From: a virus
Virus record (IMG/VR): IMGVR_UViG_3300025087_002150
Length of the DNA stretch: 45,063 bases
Direction: 5' to 3' (one strand)
Within the stretch, counting starts at the first letter, position 1. Every line of letters begins with the position of its first letter. The notes beneath the pieces were generated by a model. The model was not told the DNA's origin, did not search any database, and worked only from the letters and a program-made list of their open reading frames with translations. Made by a program: the position numbers and the translations under genes. Positions 6,353-15,716 of the stretch are shown one piece after another.

Positions 6353-7704
6353 TTTTCATAGACTAAACTTTCCTCCCCAATAAGATTCTCTCTTTCCCTC
6401 ACCTGAAAACCAAGCTTCCTCAAAAGGTCAGCGTGAGGGCGAGAATAGATATTATTGTCTTCTCCAGATACGAGGTTTTTTGAGAAAAGAGGCTCCCAGA
6501 CCAGAGCCATCCTAACTCCATCTTTGGTTAGCCAGCCTTCTGTGATTGGAATGCACACTAAATTGTTTTTCTTGAAAGAAAACCTATTTGTAGAATTAGA
6601 ATGTGAATATATCTTATGGAGTCTTCCCTCATCGTGTGCTTTAAGGAATACAACTCCGTACCCATGCCTAGAAAGCATCACATAGGCATTTCCCAAATCA
6701 AACATATTTGAAAGACCAGATATTTCTTCTTCAACTCTTCTCCAGTTGGTTTGCTTTGGATAAGTAAGAAATAGGATGAATCTTTTAGTTGCAGTAATCT
6801 TATTCGTTAGATAAGTAGTTATGGCAGGTTCGCCTAGCCCAGGCGATAATCCTGCCTGCTCTAATGTAGGTGGGCTGGTTTGCCGACCATCATCGCCTCT
6901 GGTTTCTCCCGCAGGAAACCTTCCTCGGCTCAATGGGCTCCCATCAAGGTCTTGATGAGTATGAAGGGAAGCGGATGGACGTTCTTGTGTAGAAGAACTT
7001 TTTGAGGTATGATTTTCCGCTTCCCTATTTGGGCATGTATAAGGCAAGGAATGTTCAGTGCTGCATGCCAACTGATTTGCTCCTTTAGCCTTCTTCAATA
7101 TAAAGTCAGCACTTTTATTTAAATCTTTCGCTTCTAAAAATATAGCTCGATTCCCTGAAGTACCATTTATCGTCAGAGGCAATCTTATAACTCTGAACCT
7201 ATCTTCTGTAATCGGCAGGTCAATAAGTTGAGAAATTTTGCAGTATCTTTTTTCCTCCAAGTATCTCTTTGTTTTTATGGAGTGTTCATACACGATTTCA
7301 AATCCTTTATTACCAGAATAGATTATGTAAGTTGGCTCGCCCAAATCTTGCTTTATTGTGTTTAGAACAAATAATGTCCTCCCTCTTGCTTCATCAAGTT
7401 TCTCTGGAGTTATAGTCTCCCCTTTTTCTAGCTTTGCATCAATGTCAAATATTAAATCTCTGAATAATGAAACGTTCCAGCTACCCGTCTGATTTCCTTT
7501 AACTTGTAGTGGATTAAGCCAGCATGTAACTCCGAACCAGACATGCTTTGGAGAATAAGAAAGTAGAATCTCTCTAAAATCTGTTTTGCTCCTAATTCTC
7601 TTTGGAACATTTATAACTCTTCCATCTTGAAGTTGTAACTTAAACTGCCTCCAACCAGAATGTTTTGGAAGCCATAGCCTTCCTTCTTCATACCCAGAGT
7701 TCAT
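6334..7704 (-). CDS. Archaeo-eukaryotic primase (PriS-like) primase-polymerase with linker and C-terminal domain
   Basis: Motif I LIFDIDA, motif II SGNKGF(E), motif III D..RVIRLPLTIN..SG. Confidence 0.85.
   Translation of the reverse strand: MNSGYEEGRLWLPKHSGWRQFKLQLQDGRVINVPKRIRSKTDFREILLSYSPKHVWFGVTCWLNPLQVKGNQTGSWNVSLFRDLIFDIDAKLEKGETITPEKLDEARGRTLFVLNTIKQDLGEPTYIIYSGNKGFEIVYEHSIKTKRYLEEKRYCKISQLIDLPITEDRFRVIRLPLTINGTSGNRAIFLEAKDLNKSADFILKKAKGANQLACSTEHSLPYTCPNREAENHTSKSSSTQERPSASLHTHQDLDGSPLSRGRFPAGETRGDDGRQTSPPTLEQAGLSPGLGEPAITTYLTNKITATKRFILFLTYPKQTNWRRVEEEISGLSNMFDLGNAYVMLSRHGYGVVFLKAHDEGRLHKIYSHSNSTNRFSFKKNNLVCIPITEGWLTKDGVRMALVWEPLFSKNLVSGEDNNIYSRPHADLLRKLGFQVRERENLIGEESLVYEKWQRTN
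6823..7069. other. Cluster of five stem-loops inside the primase linker
   Basis: Inverted repeats 6823-28/6851-56 plus 6830-35/6841-46; 6901-06/6915-20; 6942-48/6951-57; 6965-75/7016-26 enclosing 6981-86/6993-98; 7032-37/7064-69. Confidence 0.7.
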
Positions 7705-7963
7705 GTTCCTCCCCCGCCATTTTCAATTCACCAGCCTTCTCGGTGTAAGTCGCTTCACCATCACTCGGGATAGTCTTAACAATAGTTAATAAGAGTCTTC
7801 TCTTCTTTTTACTATCAACTCCCCATTTACCATATAACTCTCCCGTGAGCTCTTCTTTCTTAAATCCCACATTCATAAGGTGACGGGAATTTAATGAAAC
7901 CATCCTAGTATTTCCAGGAAATCCCATTTTATTCAATTTAACAAACTCCTTTCTTCCTCCCAT
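7688..7963 (-). CDS. Possible AbrB/SpoVT-like regulator, first gene of the early block
   Basis: VKLNKMG...TRMVSLNSRHL..VGF pattern; sits directly under a TATA promoter. Confidence 0.45.
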   Translation of the reverse strand: MGGRKEFVKLNKMGFPGNTRMVSLNSRHLMNVGFKKEELTGELYGKWGVDSKKKRRLLLTIVKTIPSDGEATYTEKAGELKMAGEEHELWV

Positions 7964-8215
7964 TTTCTATTAAAGAGATGCCAGAAGTATATAAACTTTA
8001 GCATCGGAATAAGAATAACAACAAGAATAAGAATAATCGCTTAGTTATATCGCGAAAGGTTTAAAAAGTCATTAAGCCTATTTTCACCCTCGAGAGTGCA
8101 GTCCTCTGTCATATCCTTTAAGTTAACAGAACCCATGACCCATGACCCATGACCCGAAAGACTTATATAGCCCAACAGCGAATCAAAGACATAATTAAAA
8201 AGCAGCATAATTAAA
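7964..8215. promoter_or_regulatory. Divergent control region with archaeal promoters
   Basis: Minus: AAAG-TTTATATA (7988-7995) 24 nt before ATG 7963. Plus: CGAAAG-AC-TTATATA (8155-8169) and GAAAGGTTTAAAAA. ACCCATG x3 and GAATAA repeats present. Confidence 0.75.
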
Positions 8216-8713
8216 ATGTTTAAGAGGCCAGTAGGACAAATTCAGTCACTTTCATCCCTGTATCTTCTCTATCATCTTGGATTTAGGAACATTTCTCTTA
8301 CTATTTCCTTGAATTCAAACCAGAAAATAGAGTTTGAAGAAAGGATTGGTCTTGAGCCCGGCCAATATAAAATAGATTTTGAAAGGCTTGAAAATTTCCT
8401 TGACAGGGGCAAGCCCATCCTAAATTTAGACATCCTGCGAAATGAGCAAAAGGCAATAGAAGAGATAGTTGAAATAAGTTATTCTGATTTAAAAAAACTT
8501 GGATTTATTCTCACTGCATTAAAACCCCTTGGCTGGGAAAAGGGACGGAGGGTAGTCTATGCTTTATCGAGGCTAGGGACTATTCCCCAATCAAGAATAC
8601 TTCCAGGAATTCCTGATGGGCATATTGTAGAATATGACAGGAACAATAGTAGGGTAAGATTGGTCGGAAAAAATGCTGGACTGGGAGGCACTAGCTCATG
8701 GATAGTAATGTGA
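8216..8713 (+). CDS. Hypothetical protein, first gene of the late block
   Basis: ORF under the plus-strand promoter. Confidence 0.65.
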   Translation: MFKRPVGQIQSLSSLYLLYHLGFRNISLTISLNSNQKIEFEERIGLEPGQYKIDFERLENFLDRGKPILNLDILRNEQKAIEEIVEISYSDLKKLGFILTALKPLGWEKGRRVVYALSRLGTIPQSRILPGIPDGHIVEYDRNNSRVRLVGKNAGLGGTSSWIVM

Positions 8714-10035
8714 GTCCTAATATAGAATCGAGAAGGATGATGGCCAAGGTATTTGGAAAAACCCACCTTCTCCAAAAAGATGAAAGGTTCGATAAAATAC
8801 CTATTGAACATATCCCAATTGGAGAAACATCTGATGGTAAATTAGTTTGCCTTCCAAAAGAATTCAGAGATGAACCAGTAATTATCATTTGTGGAGGCAG
8901 AGGCTCTGGGAAGACTTGGCTTCTGCATACAATATTAGATAGGACTAACAAATATACAGATAAGAATTGTCTGATTCTTAACGATTATATGAATGAATCA
9001 ACTTGGTGGAATTGGGGGTGGGATGACGAAACAAGGAAAAGAAGGCTTATCAAATTAAATGAAGAATCTGTACCTCTTCCCATAATGCACTTCTTTCCTA
9101 GTTCAAACTCTCTAAAGAAAGAGGTCTTCCGCAGAAGATACAGGTATGTCCTCTCAATCCCATTCTCAACAATAATAGACCACGCGGAGGAGTATTTCAA
9201 TTGGAAACCAGAAAGAGATAAGATATACTACTATTTCAAAAATGCTGCCGAAAAATTCAAACTGGCAAAATCAGAAGAGGAAGTGAATGAGATAATAGAA
9301 GAAGAGTTTGCAAGTGTCAGCACAAAGGGGAATGAGATGTTTGCTTCTATGAAATTTAAGCTAAAGAACATCATGGCAGAAGTTTTCAGAGCAAACTATA
9401 CGACGCTTACCTGCCATGAATCTGTTGAATCTATAGAGCTTAAAGATAAAACCACTGGCGAGATAATGTATAAAAATGACCCGATTTCTGCCTGCTATAT
9501 GGCTGGGATAGTTCCAGCAATAATGACCTCAGATATATTGACTCACGAGCGATACGCTTCCTTATTCTTTTATTACATCCTCCAGCAAAGATGGGAGAAG
9601 AAAGAACTTCCTGAGTTCAGGAACAAGGCAGAATGGTTCTTCATAGATGAAGTAAATAAGATTACTGGCAAGGGAAATGAAAAGCTTACTGAGTATGTTA
9701 CTAGGGGAAGGCACAAAAGATTCGGCATGGTTGTCTGCACTCAAAATTACTCCACCATGAATAAATTTATGAAACAGAATAAAGATTACACTTTTGTTTT
9801 GAGACAGAATTCAGATGTTGAAATAAAAGCTATATCAAATGACTGGGGACTCAAGAAATTTGAAGAAGACACAATCCAGACCTTGAAAACCCAGGAAGTT
9901 TTAGGATTGACTACACAGAAATTCTTTATTTATGACCGCAATGGTGTGCCTTACCCTCATACAGAGCCTATAAAGATGAAATCATTGTTCCCTCTTAGCT
10001 ATCATGCTCCACCAAACATTATGAAGAAAGAATGA
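8698..10035 (+). CDS. FtsK/HerA-superfamily (A32-like) ATPase, putative genome packaging/assembly ATPase
   Basis: Walker A GGRGSGKT, Walker B FFIDE, Arg finger RGRH, sensor CTQ. Confidence 0.85.
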   Translation: MDSNVSPNIESRRMMAKVFGKTHLLQKDERFDKIPIEHIPIGETSDGKLVCLPKEFRDEPVIIICGGRGSGKTWLLHTILDRTNKYTDKNCLILNDYMNESTWWNWGWDDETRKRRLIKLNEESVPLPIMHFFPSSNSLKKEVFRRRYRYVLSIPFSTIIDHAEEYFNWKPERDKIYYYFKNAAEKFKLAKSEEEVNEIIEEEFASVSTKGNEMFASMKFKLKNIMAEVFRANYTTLTCHESVESIELKDKTTGEIMYKNDPISACYMAGIVPAIMTSDILTHERYASLFFYYILQQRWEKKELPEFRNKAEWFFIDEVNKITGKGNEKLTEYVTRGRHKRFGMVVCTQNYSTMNKFMKQNKDYTFVLRQNSDVEIKAISNDWGLKKFEEDTIQTLKTQEVLGLTTQKFFIYDRNGVPYPHTEPIKMKSLFPLSYHAPPNIMKKE

Positions 10036-10262
10036 TAAAGAAATTAACTTCGGGAAAATTGCAAGATATTGAAATTTGGATAAAGATAGTAAAGGCAGGT
10101 AATCGGAGCAATATAAGGAGAACACTCAATAGGCTTGCCTTTCCAGCAGCTTTCTGGTGGACTGACAAAGAATGGTTAGGAGCTTTAGAATTCGAGAAGA
10201 GACAAGAGATTGAGAGGATAACTTTTTTTGATAAATTAAAAGCTAAAAGGAGGAAAAAATGA
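10032..10262 (+). CDS. Small basic hypothetical protein
   Basis: Coupled ORF. Confidence 0.6.
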   Translation: MIKKLTSGKLQDIEIWIKIVKAGNRSNIRRTLNRLAFPAAFWWTDKEWLGALEFEKRQEIERITFFDKLKAKRRKK

Positions 10263-10906
10263 AATTAATAAGCATAATTTTAATCTTGGCTCTTATGATA
10301 CCCTCAGTTGTTTTAGCGGAGCAATTTACCACTCCATTGTCAATCAGGTTGACTATCAGTAATAACACAGGCTCTTTATTCATAGATGCAGAAGATGAAG
10401 ATAAGACTTATACTTTTATGGTGAATAATGGCTCAGCTGAAGTTGGCGATAACCTGACAATTGACATAACAAGGTCAGTATTCACTAATGTCAGCGTAAG
10501 TTCTGAGTTTATCCAATGGTGCAGTTATTTCGCAAAGACCTACAATGAGAGCTTATCTTTCCAAAAACAATATCTAGGCGAGGATATAGATGGAGATGGA
10601 ATTGCAGATACTGGATGTTATGCAGCAAGTATTAGATGCCATGATACCTTGGAAGGATATAATGAGAAAGGAGTTACTGAAGGTAATCTTTCATCATGCC
10701 GAAATAGTAATGACCAGATGAATAACCAGCTCTCGAATGAAAGAACATTAAAAGCTAATGCAGAAAAAGAAAGAGATGAAGCAAAGAAGAAAGCATCTCA
10801 AGGCTGGGTTTGGTTAGGAGCGGGTATTTTGGGAGTATTGGCGGCTCAGGCATTTCAGAGAAGAAGGCAGGAACCTAAAAGATTGGCAGAACACGGGAGA
10901 GATTAA
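10259..10906 (+). CDS. Secreted, C-terminally anchored membrane protein
   Basis: Signal peptide, DIDGDG Ca-binding-like loop, coiled coil, C-terminal TM. Confidence 0.75.
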   Translation: MKLISIILILALMIPSVVLAEQFTTPLSIRLTISNNTGSLFIDAEDEDKTYTFMVNNGSAEVGDNLTIDITRSVFTNVSVSSEFIQWCSYFAKTYNESLSFQKQYLGEDIDGDGIADTGCYAASIRCHDTLEGYNEKGVTEGNLSSCRNSNDQMNNQLSNERTLKANAEKERDEAKKKASQGWVWLGAGILGVLAAQAFQRRRQEPKRLAEHGRD

Positions 10907-11446
10907 ATGGGAGAAGACCAATATAGGCAGTACGATAAGAAGTTCGAGATAGCGACATTCGGTAATGGGGTGTTCGCTACAGTCTTGCATAGGATACCAT
11001 ATCTTAATGAAGAAGGAATTGAAGGAGAGAGGCTAATCATGCGTCCTGGAAAGAAATTGAAATTGAGATATAAACTACAAGACAAAGACCTCGATAGAGA
11101 TGAAACAATTACAAGATGGTATGCCAAGCCACATTTAATTCAAATAGACTCAGATGAGATTCTTGTGATGTGCGGATTTAACGGTGAAACTCCAACACCA
11201 GTAACTGCTTATTTTGGTGATTTATTAAGGGAGGTGATGGAGCTTAGAAAAGATGCTTTATTTTACAAGTTAAGGTGTACTGCATTAGAAGAGGAGCGAT
11301 ATTATCTATCTCTAGACTTTGATGAAAAAATGAGAAGAATAACAGATACTGTGTCTTATGCCATGAAAGTAAGGGGCAGAATGGACGACCCAGTTGGAAG
11401 GCGGACAGTTGGAGTTCAAACAACGGAGGTTCATCCAGAAGAATAA
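10907..11446 (+). CDS. Hypothetical protein
   Basis: ORF in a tight operon. Confidence 0.7.
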   Translation: MGEDQYRQYDKKFEIATFGNGVFATVLHRIPYLNEEGIEGERLIMRPGKKLKLRYKLQDKDLDRDETITRWYAKPHLIQIDSDEILVMCGFNGETPTPVTAYFGDLLREVMELRKDALFYKLRCTALEEERYYLSLDFDEKMRRITDTVSYAMKVRGRMDDPVGRRTVGVQTTEVHPEE

Positions 11447-12501
11447 TGGGGGATGTCGGATTTTTAGCTAGCTTGGAAGAAAGGAAGAGGCGGAGGGGGA
11501 GACCACCGAAGATACACCAAGAAGAGCCAGAAGAAGAGATAGGGCAGGAAGATGCAGGAGAAGATGTAGAAGTATTAGAGCCACAGGCACAGAGTTGGAG
11601 AAGTGTAGTATTAACTGATGAGCAAATAAAGACAATAAAAACAATAGCTCCGATTCTTTATTCATTTTTCAAGGCTAAGAAAGATAATATAGACAAAGAA
11701 TATTCCAATCTTTCAGAGCAGATTGAGCTTATAGATAGTTTAATCAAAATAGAGGGTAAGAGCATGGAGGAGGAGTATAAATTTTATAAAGACCAACAGG
11801 AGTTATTGTGGAATGTTACATCACCCGTAATGCTGACTACTAGAGGTTTAATATCATCTTTAAACAAGCAGAATGACCTTTTGTATAAGCAGATTGAATT
11901 ATATCACAAATTCTTGGCTGCCTTCACTAAGTTCTTGAAAGATTATTCTATGATACCAGATGAGCTAGATAAGATAACGAATAAGATAGAGAAGACATTA
12001 AGCGAAAAAGAACTCAAAAAAGAGAATCAGGATTATTCTGGTGTAGTCGAGAAATTAAAAGAATTGAAAGATAAGCCTCTTGAAGAAATAGAAAAGGAAT
12101 TAGAAAAAATCCAGCCTAGATGGTGGCTTCCCTTGGAAATCCAAAAGCTTGATTTTTTCCCTTATCGCCCAGCCTTGACTTCTCTAGACGAGTTGAAGAA
12201 ATTATTGGAAGCTCCAAATTTTGACTCTAACCTAGAAGAAGAGAATCAGTTCGTAAATGTTGTCTATAAAGAAATAAAGCAGGAACAGTATGAATCATTC
12301 AGGAAGAGACTTAGCCAGTTAACTGAGAGAGAACCAGATTTCAACCTTTGGATTAAGAGGCTAAAAGCAGAGATGAGCATTTATTTTACAATTGGTGATT
12401 CAGAAAGAAGGGAGATAATAAGGTCAATATTCTCAGAGCTTAGAAAGACTCTTGGAAAGCTTGAAGATAGAGTAAAAATAGTTCGTGAGGTGTTCAAATG
12501 A
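11446..12501 (+). CDS. Coiled-coil protein with N-terminal AT-hook-like RRGRPPK
   Basis: E/K-rich helices; RRRGRPPK at N-terminus. Confidence 0.7.
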   Translation: MGDVGFLASLEERKRRRGRPPKIHQEEPEEEIGQEDAGEDVEVLEPQAQSWRSVVLTDEQIKTIKTIAPILYSFFKAKKDNIDKEYSNLSEQIELIDSLIKIEGKSMEEEYKFYKDQQELLWNVTSPVMLTTRGLISSLNKQNDLLYKQIELYHKFLAAFTKFLKDYSMIPDELDKITNKIEKTLSEKELKKENQDYSGVVEKLKELKDKPLEEIEKELEKIQPRWWLPLEIQKLDFFPYRPALTSLDELKKLLEAPNFDSNLEEENQFVNVVYKEIKQEQYESFRKRLSQLTEREPDFNLWIKRLKAEMSIYFTIGDSERREIIRSIFSELRKTLGKLEDRVKIVREVFK

Positions 12502-12800
12502 GCATAGGGCTTGATAATGATTTGATAGTAATCGGGAATAAGACTATACCAGCAGAAATCCTGCTGATGAAATTGGATAAATTTGATGGGATAACGATTG
12601 AATTTCAGGACAGATTCATCCCGCAGGCGGAGAACTTCATCCGTCTGCTTAAAAGGATTGGATTGAAAGTCATAGATAATGGTAGAAAGAGAAAGAAATT
12701 TGACACTCAAGATGAGAATGGCAGGAAGAGTTCTTATCAAGCAGATGTTAATTATTATAAATTGGAAAAGATTGGCTATCTAAAGAAATGGGAAGTTTAA
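12498..12800 (+). CDS. Hypothetical protein
   Basis: Coupled ORF. Confidence 0.6.
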   Translation: MSIGLDNDLIVIGNKTIPAEILLMKLDKFDGITIEFQDRFIPQAENFIRLLKRIGLKVIDNGRKRKKFDTQDENGRKSSYQADVNYYKLEKIGYLKKWEV

Positions 12801-12801
12801 G

Positions 12802-13353
12802 ATGGCAGACGAACTCGAAAAGAAAGTTGATGAAATTTATAAGAGACAGGAGCACGACTTATTCGCAACCAAAAAGCAAATCGGTTACAAAGATGTTGTC
12901 TTAATCTTAGCAATCGCTTTCCTGATTCTCTGGGTATGGAGCAATAAAATCCTGCCGAAAGAACATGTCTTCCTATATGCGACTGTCGCATGCTTTGTGC
13001 TCTTCCTCCAGTACGCAGGAACTCGCTCAGTAATCAAGATGGATGAAGCGCAGGCTATAGCTTATAGGGAATGTAAAAGATATTACGAGAGAAACTATTC
13101 TTATGTTCCACATATCCAAGTTATGCAGGAGTGCAAATTAAGGACAGAGTATAAAGAATTTGAATCAGGCCCTACTCTATTATTCTGGGAAGTACCTATA
13201 AGAACTACACATCATAATGGCAGGAGATTGGAATTATTCAGAATTGACCCAATGGATGGAAGGATAAAGGGAGTAGAAAGAAGATGGGACGGATATTGGG
13301 GAAGCGAGAACTATGACAGGAAAATCATAAGGGAGCAAGTGCTTGTATCTTAA
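12802..13353 (+). CDS. Two-TM protein with PepSY-like C-terminal domain
   Basis: IKMDEAQAIA...FWEV...RIDPMDGRI pattern. Confidence 0.5.
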   Translation: MADELEKKVDEIYKRQEHDLFATKKQIGYKDVVLILAIAFLILWVWSNKILPKEHVFLYATVACFVLFLQYAGTRSVIKMDEAQAIAYRECKRYYERNYSYVPHIQVMQECKLRTEYKEFESGPTLLFWEVPIRTTHHNGRRLELFRIDPMDGRIKGVERRWDGYWGSENYDRKIIREQVLVS

Positions 13354-13660
13354 TATGGCTTCAGATGAACTAAAAAGATTTGCATTTTTTTATTTTCTAA
13401 TCCTGCCAAGAAAATTTTTCATGTCTTTCTTCTCAGAATTCAGAAGGACAAGTTTCTGGTTCCCAATCCTGTTAATACTATTTGTGCTAACAATCTTTAT
13501 GGAAAAATTTTTCATCTCAATCATTATATTCCTCCTGCTAATCCTAAATTCTATGGTTGGGCAGTGGAGGATGGGTGCATGGAGAAAGTGGTGGAGAAGC
13601 GAAAGATTTATAAATAAATCAAGTCTTGAGAATGACAAGCCAATAGGAGAGAAATCCTGA
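13343..13660 (+). CDS. Small membrane protein
   Basis: Long hydrophobic stretch. Confidence 0.65.
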   Translation: MYLNMASDELKRFAFFYFLILPRKFFMSFFSEFRRTSFWFPILLILFVLTIFMEKFFISIIIFLLLILNSMVGQWRMGAWRKWWRSERFINKSSLENDKPIGEKS

Positions 13661-13722
13661 TTGTGCTCACACCTTAATTAAACCAAGAGTTCTAACTAAA
13701 CCCCAGTGAGAGATTTATAGAT
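13601..13722 (+). promoter_or_regulatory. Tandem TATA promoters upstream of the putative major virion protein
   Basis: GAAAGATTTATAAATA at 13601 and GAGAGATTTATAG at 13708. Confidence 0.55.
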
Positions 13723-13760
13723 GATGGGTTTCTAGAAAACTATTGCGCACTAAGAACCAA

Positions 13761-14834
13761 ATGAAAATTAACCATAAGGGCGCAGCGCAGATGACGACTA
13801 TCCTCGCGATTGCCGCTATCGCTCTTTTGGCTTGGTGGTTTCTAGGACAGAAAGATACTTCTGGAGGCACAGGAGGCACGACTGGCGGAGCAGGCGGAAC
13901 AATCCAAGTTTGCGATGTCACAAAGTCTGTAACAGTTAAGCTCAACTGTGAGGATGCCTTTGCACCAGGAACATCTTGTGGTAGCCAACTTGTATACATA
14001 CAAGATGGGGGAGTATATAAGCAACTAAGGTCGCAGCAATATTCCTCGGGAGATACCTTTTCTGTAGCACCTGGAAGCAAACTAAGAGTATTCTGGGCTG
14101 AAAACAGCACAACTTACTACACAAAGATTGTAGACTACGAAATCCCATGTGCAAGCGACTTTGTAAAGTCAGAGTCAATCGCACCAATGCAGACAGCAGT
14201 TCTAGCATCTACAACTGTTTTCAACAGCAATGGACAGGTTATTACGGGAAGCAATGGAGTAGCCGTTGCAAGCTCTAACAATCAGTCTATAGCAGCTGGA
14301 GAAAATGTGCAGGTAAGAATCAGGTTGAAGCCAACATTCAGAAGATATCTAGGTAATCCCTATGATGTCCCATCTGACGCAAAGGTAGAAGTTGCCGCAG
14401 GGAATACCTTTTCCTGTAGATATAACACTTCTGCCTATGATTCCTTGAACCTTCTAGGAACAGGGGTCAGCGAGACAACCAACCCTGACATCTTGCCAAG
14501 CGGATTGCTAGCGAACAATGTCTGGAAGTCATGGGCAGTTCCTATAGCTGGAACATCTTTGGCAGACAAGAATACAGGAGTACCATCAACTGATGGGCTT
14601 GTGTTTGACTTGGCTATTGACTCAGATGATACAGCAAACCCAGATGGAACTGTAGACTCAGCATGGAATGGCGGAAGAGGAGACATCTTCTGTGTCATTA
14701 ATGACTGGGACTTCGATAGACACGCTGTAACCGACCAGATACTCGCAGGGCCAGAAGATGAAGATAACAACAATCTCGGAGATGGAACCGCACCAGCTGG
14801 AACCTACTGGAACGCAACAGTTCACGTAGAGTAA
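13761..14834 (+). CDS. Candidate major membrane-anchored virion protein
   Basis: MKINHKG|AAQ class III-like leader plus TM, Gly linker, beta-rich body; own promoter; near the ATPase. Confidence 0.55.
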   Translation: MKINHKGAAQMTTILAIAAIALLAWWFLGQKDTSGGTGGTTGGAGGTIQVCDVTKSVTVKLNCEDAFAPGTSCGSQLVYIQDGGVYKQLRSQQYSSGDTFSVAPGSKLRVFWAENSTTYYTKIVDYEIPCASDFVKSESIAPMQTAVLASTTVFNSNGQVITGSNGVAVASSNNQSIAAGENVQVRIRLKPTFRRYLGNPYDVPSDAKVEVAAGNTFSCRYNTSAYDSLNLLGTGVSETTNPDILPSGLLANNVWKSWAVPIAGTSLADKNTGVPSTDGLVFDLAIDSDDTANPDGTVDSAWNGGRGDIFCVINDWDFDRHAVTDQILAGPEDEDNNNLGDGTAPAGTYWNATVHVE

Positions 14835-14852
14835 GCCCGTAACTACAGATGA

Positions 14853-15482
14853 ATGGCAGACGAACGAATAATCCTTGCTTTTTTGATAGCAACGGCATTA
14901 TTCCTTCAGTCGAACTTCAATCCCCTTCTGGGGAGCTTCTATGTAGGGATGGTCTTGGGAGCAGGTCTCCTGTTCTTCACAGACCCCAAGAAGCAGTTCA
15001 GATTCGGAAGGATAAGCGCGGAAACTATCATTGGCGGATTCGTTCTGACAGGGATTTTTCTTCTTTTTTCTTTTATTTTAGGAGCAGTACTTGGGAGTCC
15101 CCAAACCCTTCAGAGCATCCTAGAAGTATTTGCGCAAGCACCAGTCTTGGAGCAAGTGCTTCCGATAAAGATAGCGACATTCGGATTGTTCATTCCAATA
15201 GTGGAAACTTTAGTCATGCTCATATTTTACGAACTGAGCTTAGATTACCTGGGAAGAGAAAAGAAGCTCCTCGCAGGATTCATCATAGCAGCAGGATTCA
15301 TGCTCTTCCATTTGACAGTGAAGGGAGTAGCCGACAACTTTCAGTTGGCGCAAACCTTTGGGTTTGCCGCGCTCTCCGTCTTCGCTTTCGAGAGATGGAA
15401 AGAAGGAAGTCAGGCCGTCATAATGCACATATTTGTGAATTTGCTGGCGATACTGACACTCCTAAATTTATTGAAAATATAA
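14853..15482 (+). CDS. CPBP (Abi/CAAX-like) intramembrane metalloprotease
   Basis: Multi-TM; PIVET (EE-motif variant), FMLFH, HIFVN motifs. Confidence 0.8.
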   Translation: MADERIILAFLIATALFLQSNFNPLLGSFYVGMVLGAGLLFFTDPKKQFRFGRISAETIIGGFVLTGIFLLFSFILGAVLGSPQTLQSILEVFAQAPVLEQVLPIKIATFGLFIPIVETLVMLIFYELSLDYLGREKKLLAGFIIAAGFMLFHLTVKGVADNFQLAQTFGFAALSVFAFERWKEGSQAVIMHIFVNLLAILTLLNLLKI

Positions 15483-15502
15483 AAATATGCGGAGGTTAAA
15501 AA

Positions 15503-15703
15503 ATGGCATACGATTGGAACAAGTCGATAATGCAGGGCGTTATTGGCGGAGCAGCTCTATTGCTTGCACCCTTTGCTATGGGCCTATTCGGCTATAGCTT
15601 GACAATAACCCCACCTGGACTGATACCACTATTCGTGGCAGGATTTCTCCTGAATGTTGTCCTTGAACCATTAGCGACGGCCTTGTTAAGAGGATTCAAA
15701 TAA
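15503..15703 (+). CDS. Small two-TM protein
   Basis: Hydrophobic ORF. Confidence 0.7.
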   Translation: MAYDWNKSIMQGVIGGAALLLAPFAMGLFGYSLTITPPGLIPLFVAGFLLNVVLEPLATALLRGFK

Positions 15704-15716
15704 ACCATTTCACAAA

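Noticed and set aside
5718-6383. Plus-strand 221-aa ORF
   Set aside because: Ser/Leu-rich antisense shadow of the R/E-rich gene 5813..6352
6823-7069. Group I/II intron or hammerhead ribozyme
   Set aside because: No P7, domain V or CUGAUGA/GAAA core recognised; kept only as an unclassified structured element
14849-15499. Alternative-frame 216-aa ORF
   Set aside because: Overlaps the CPBP gene, which carries the family motifs
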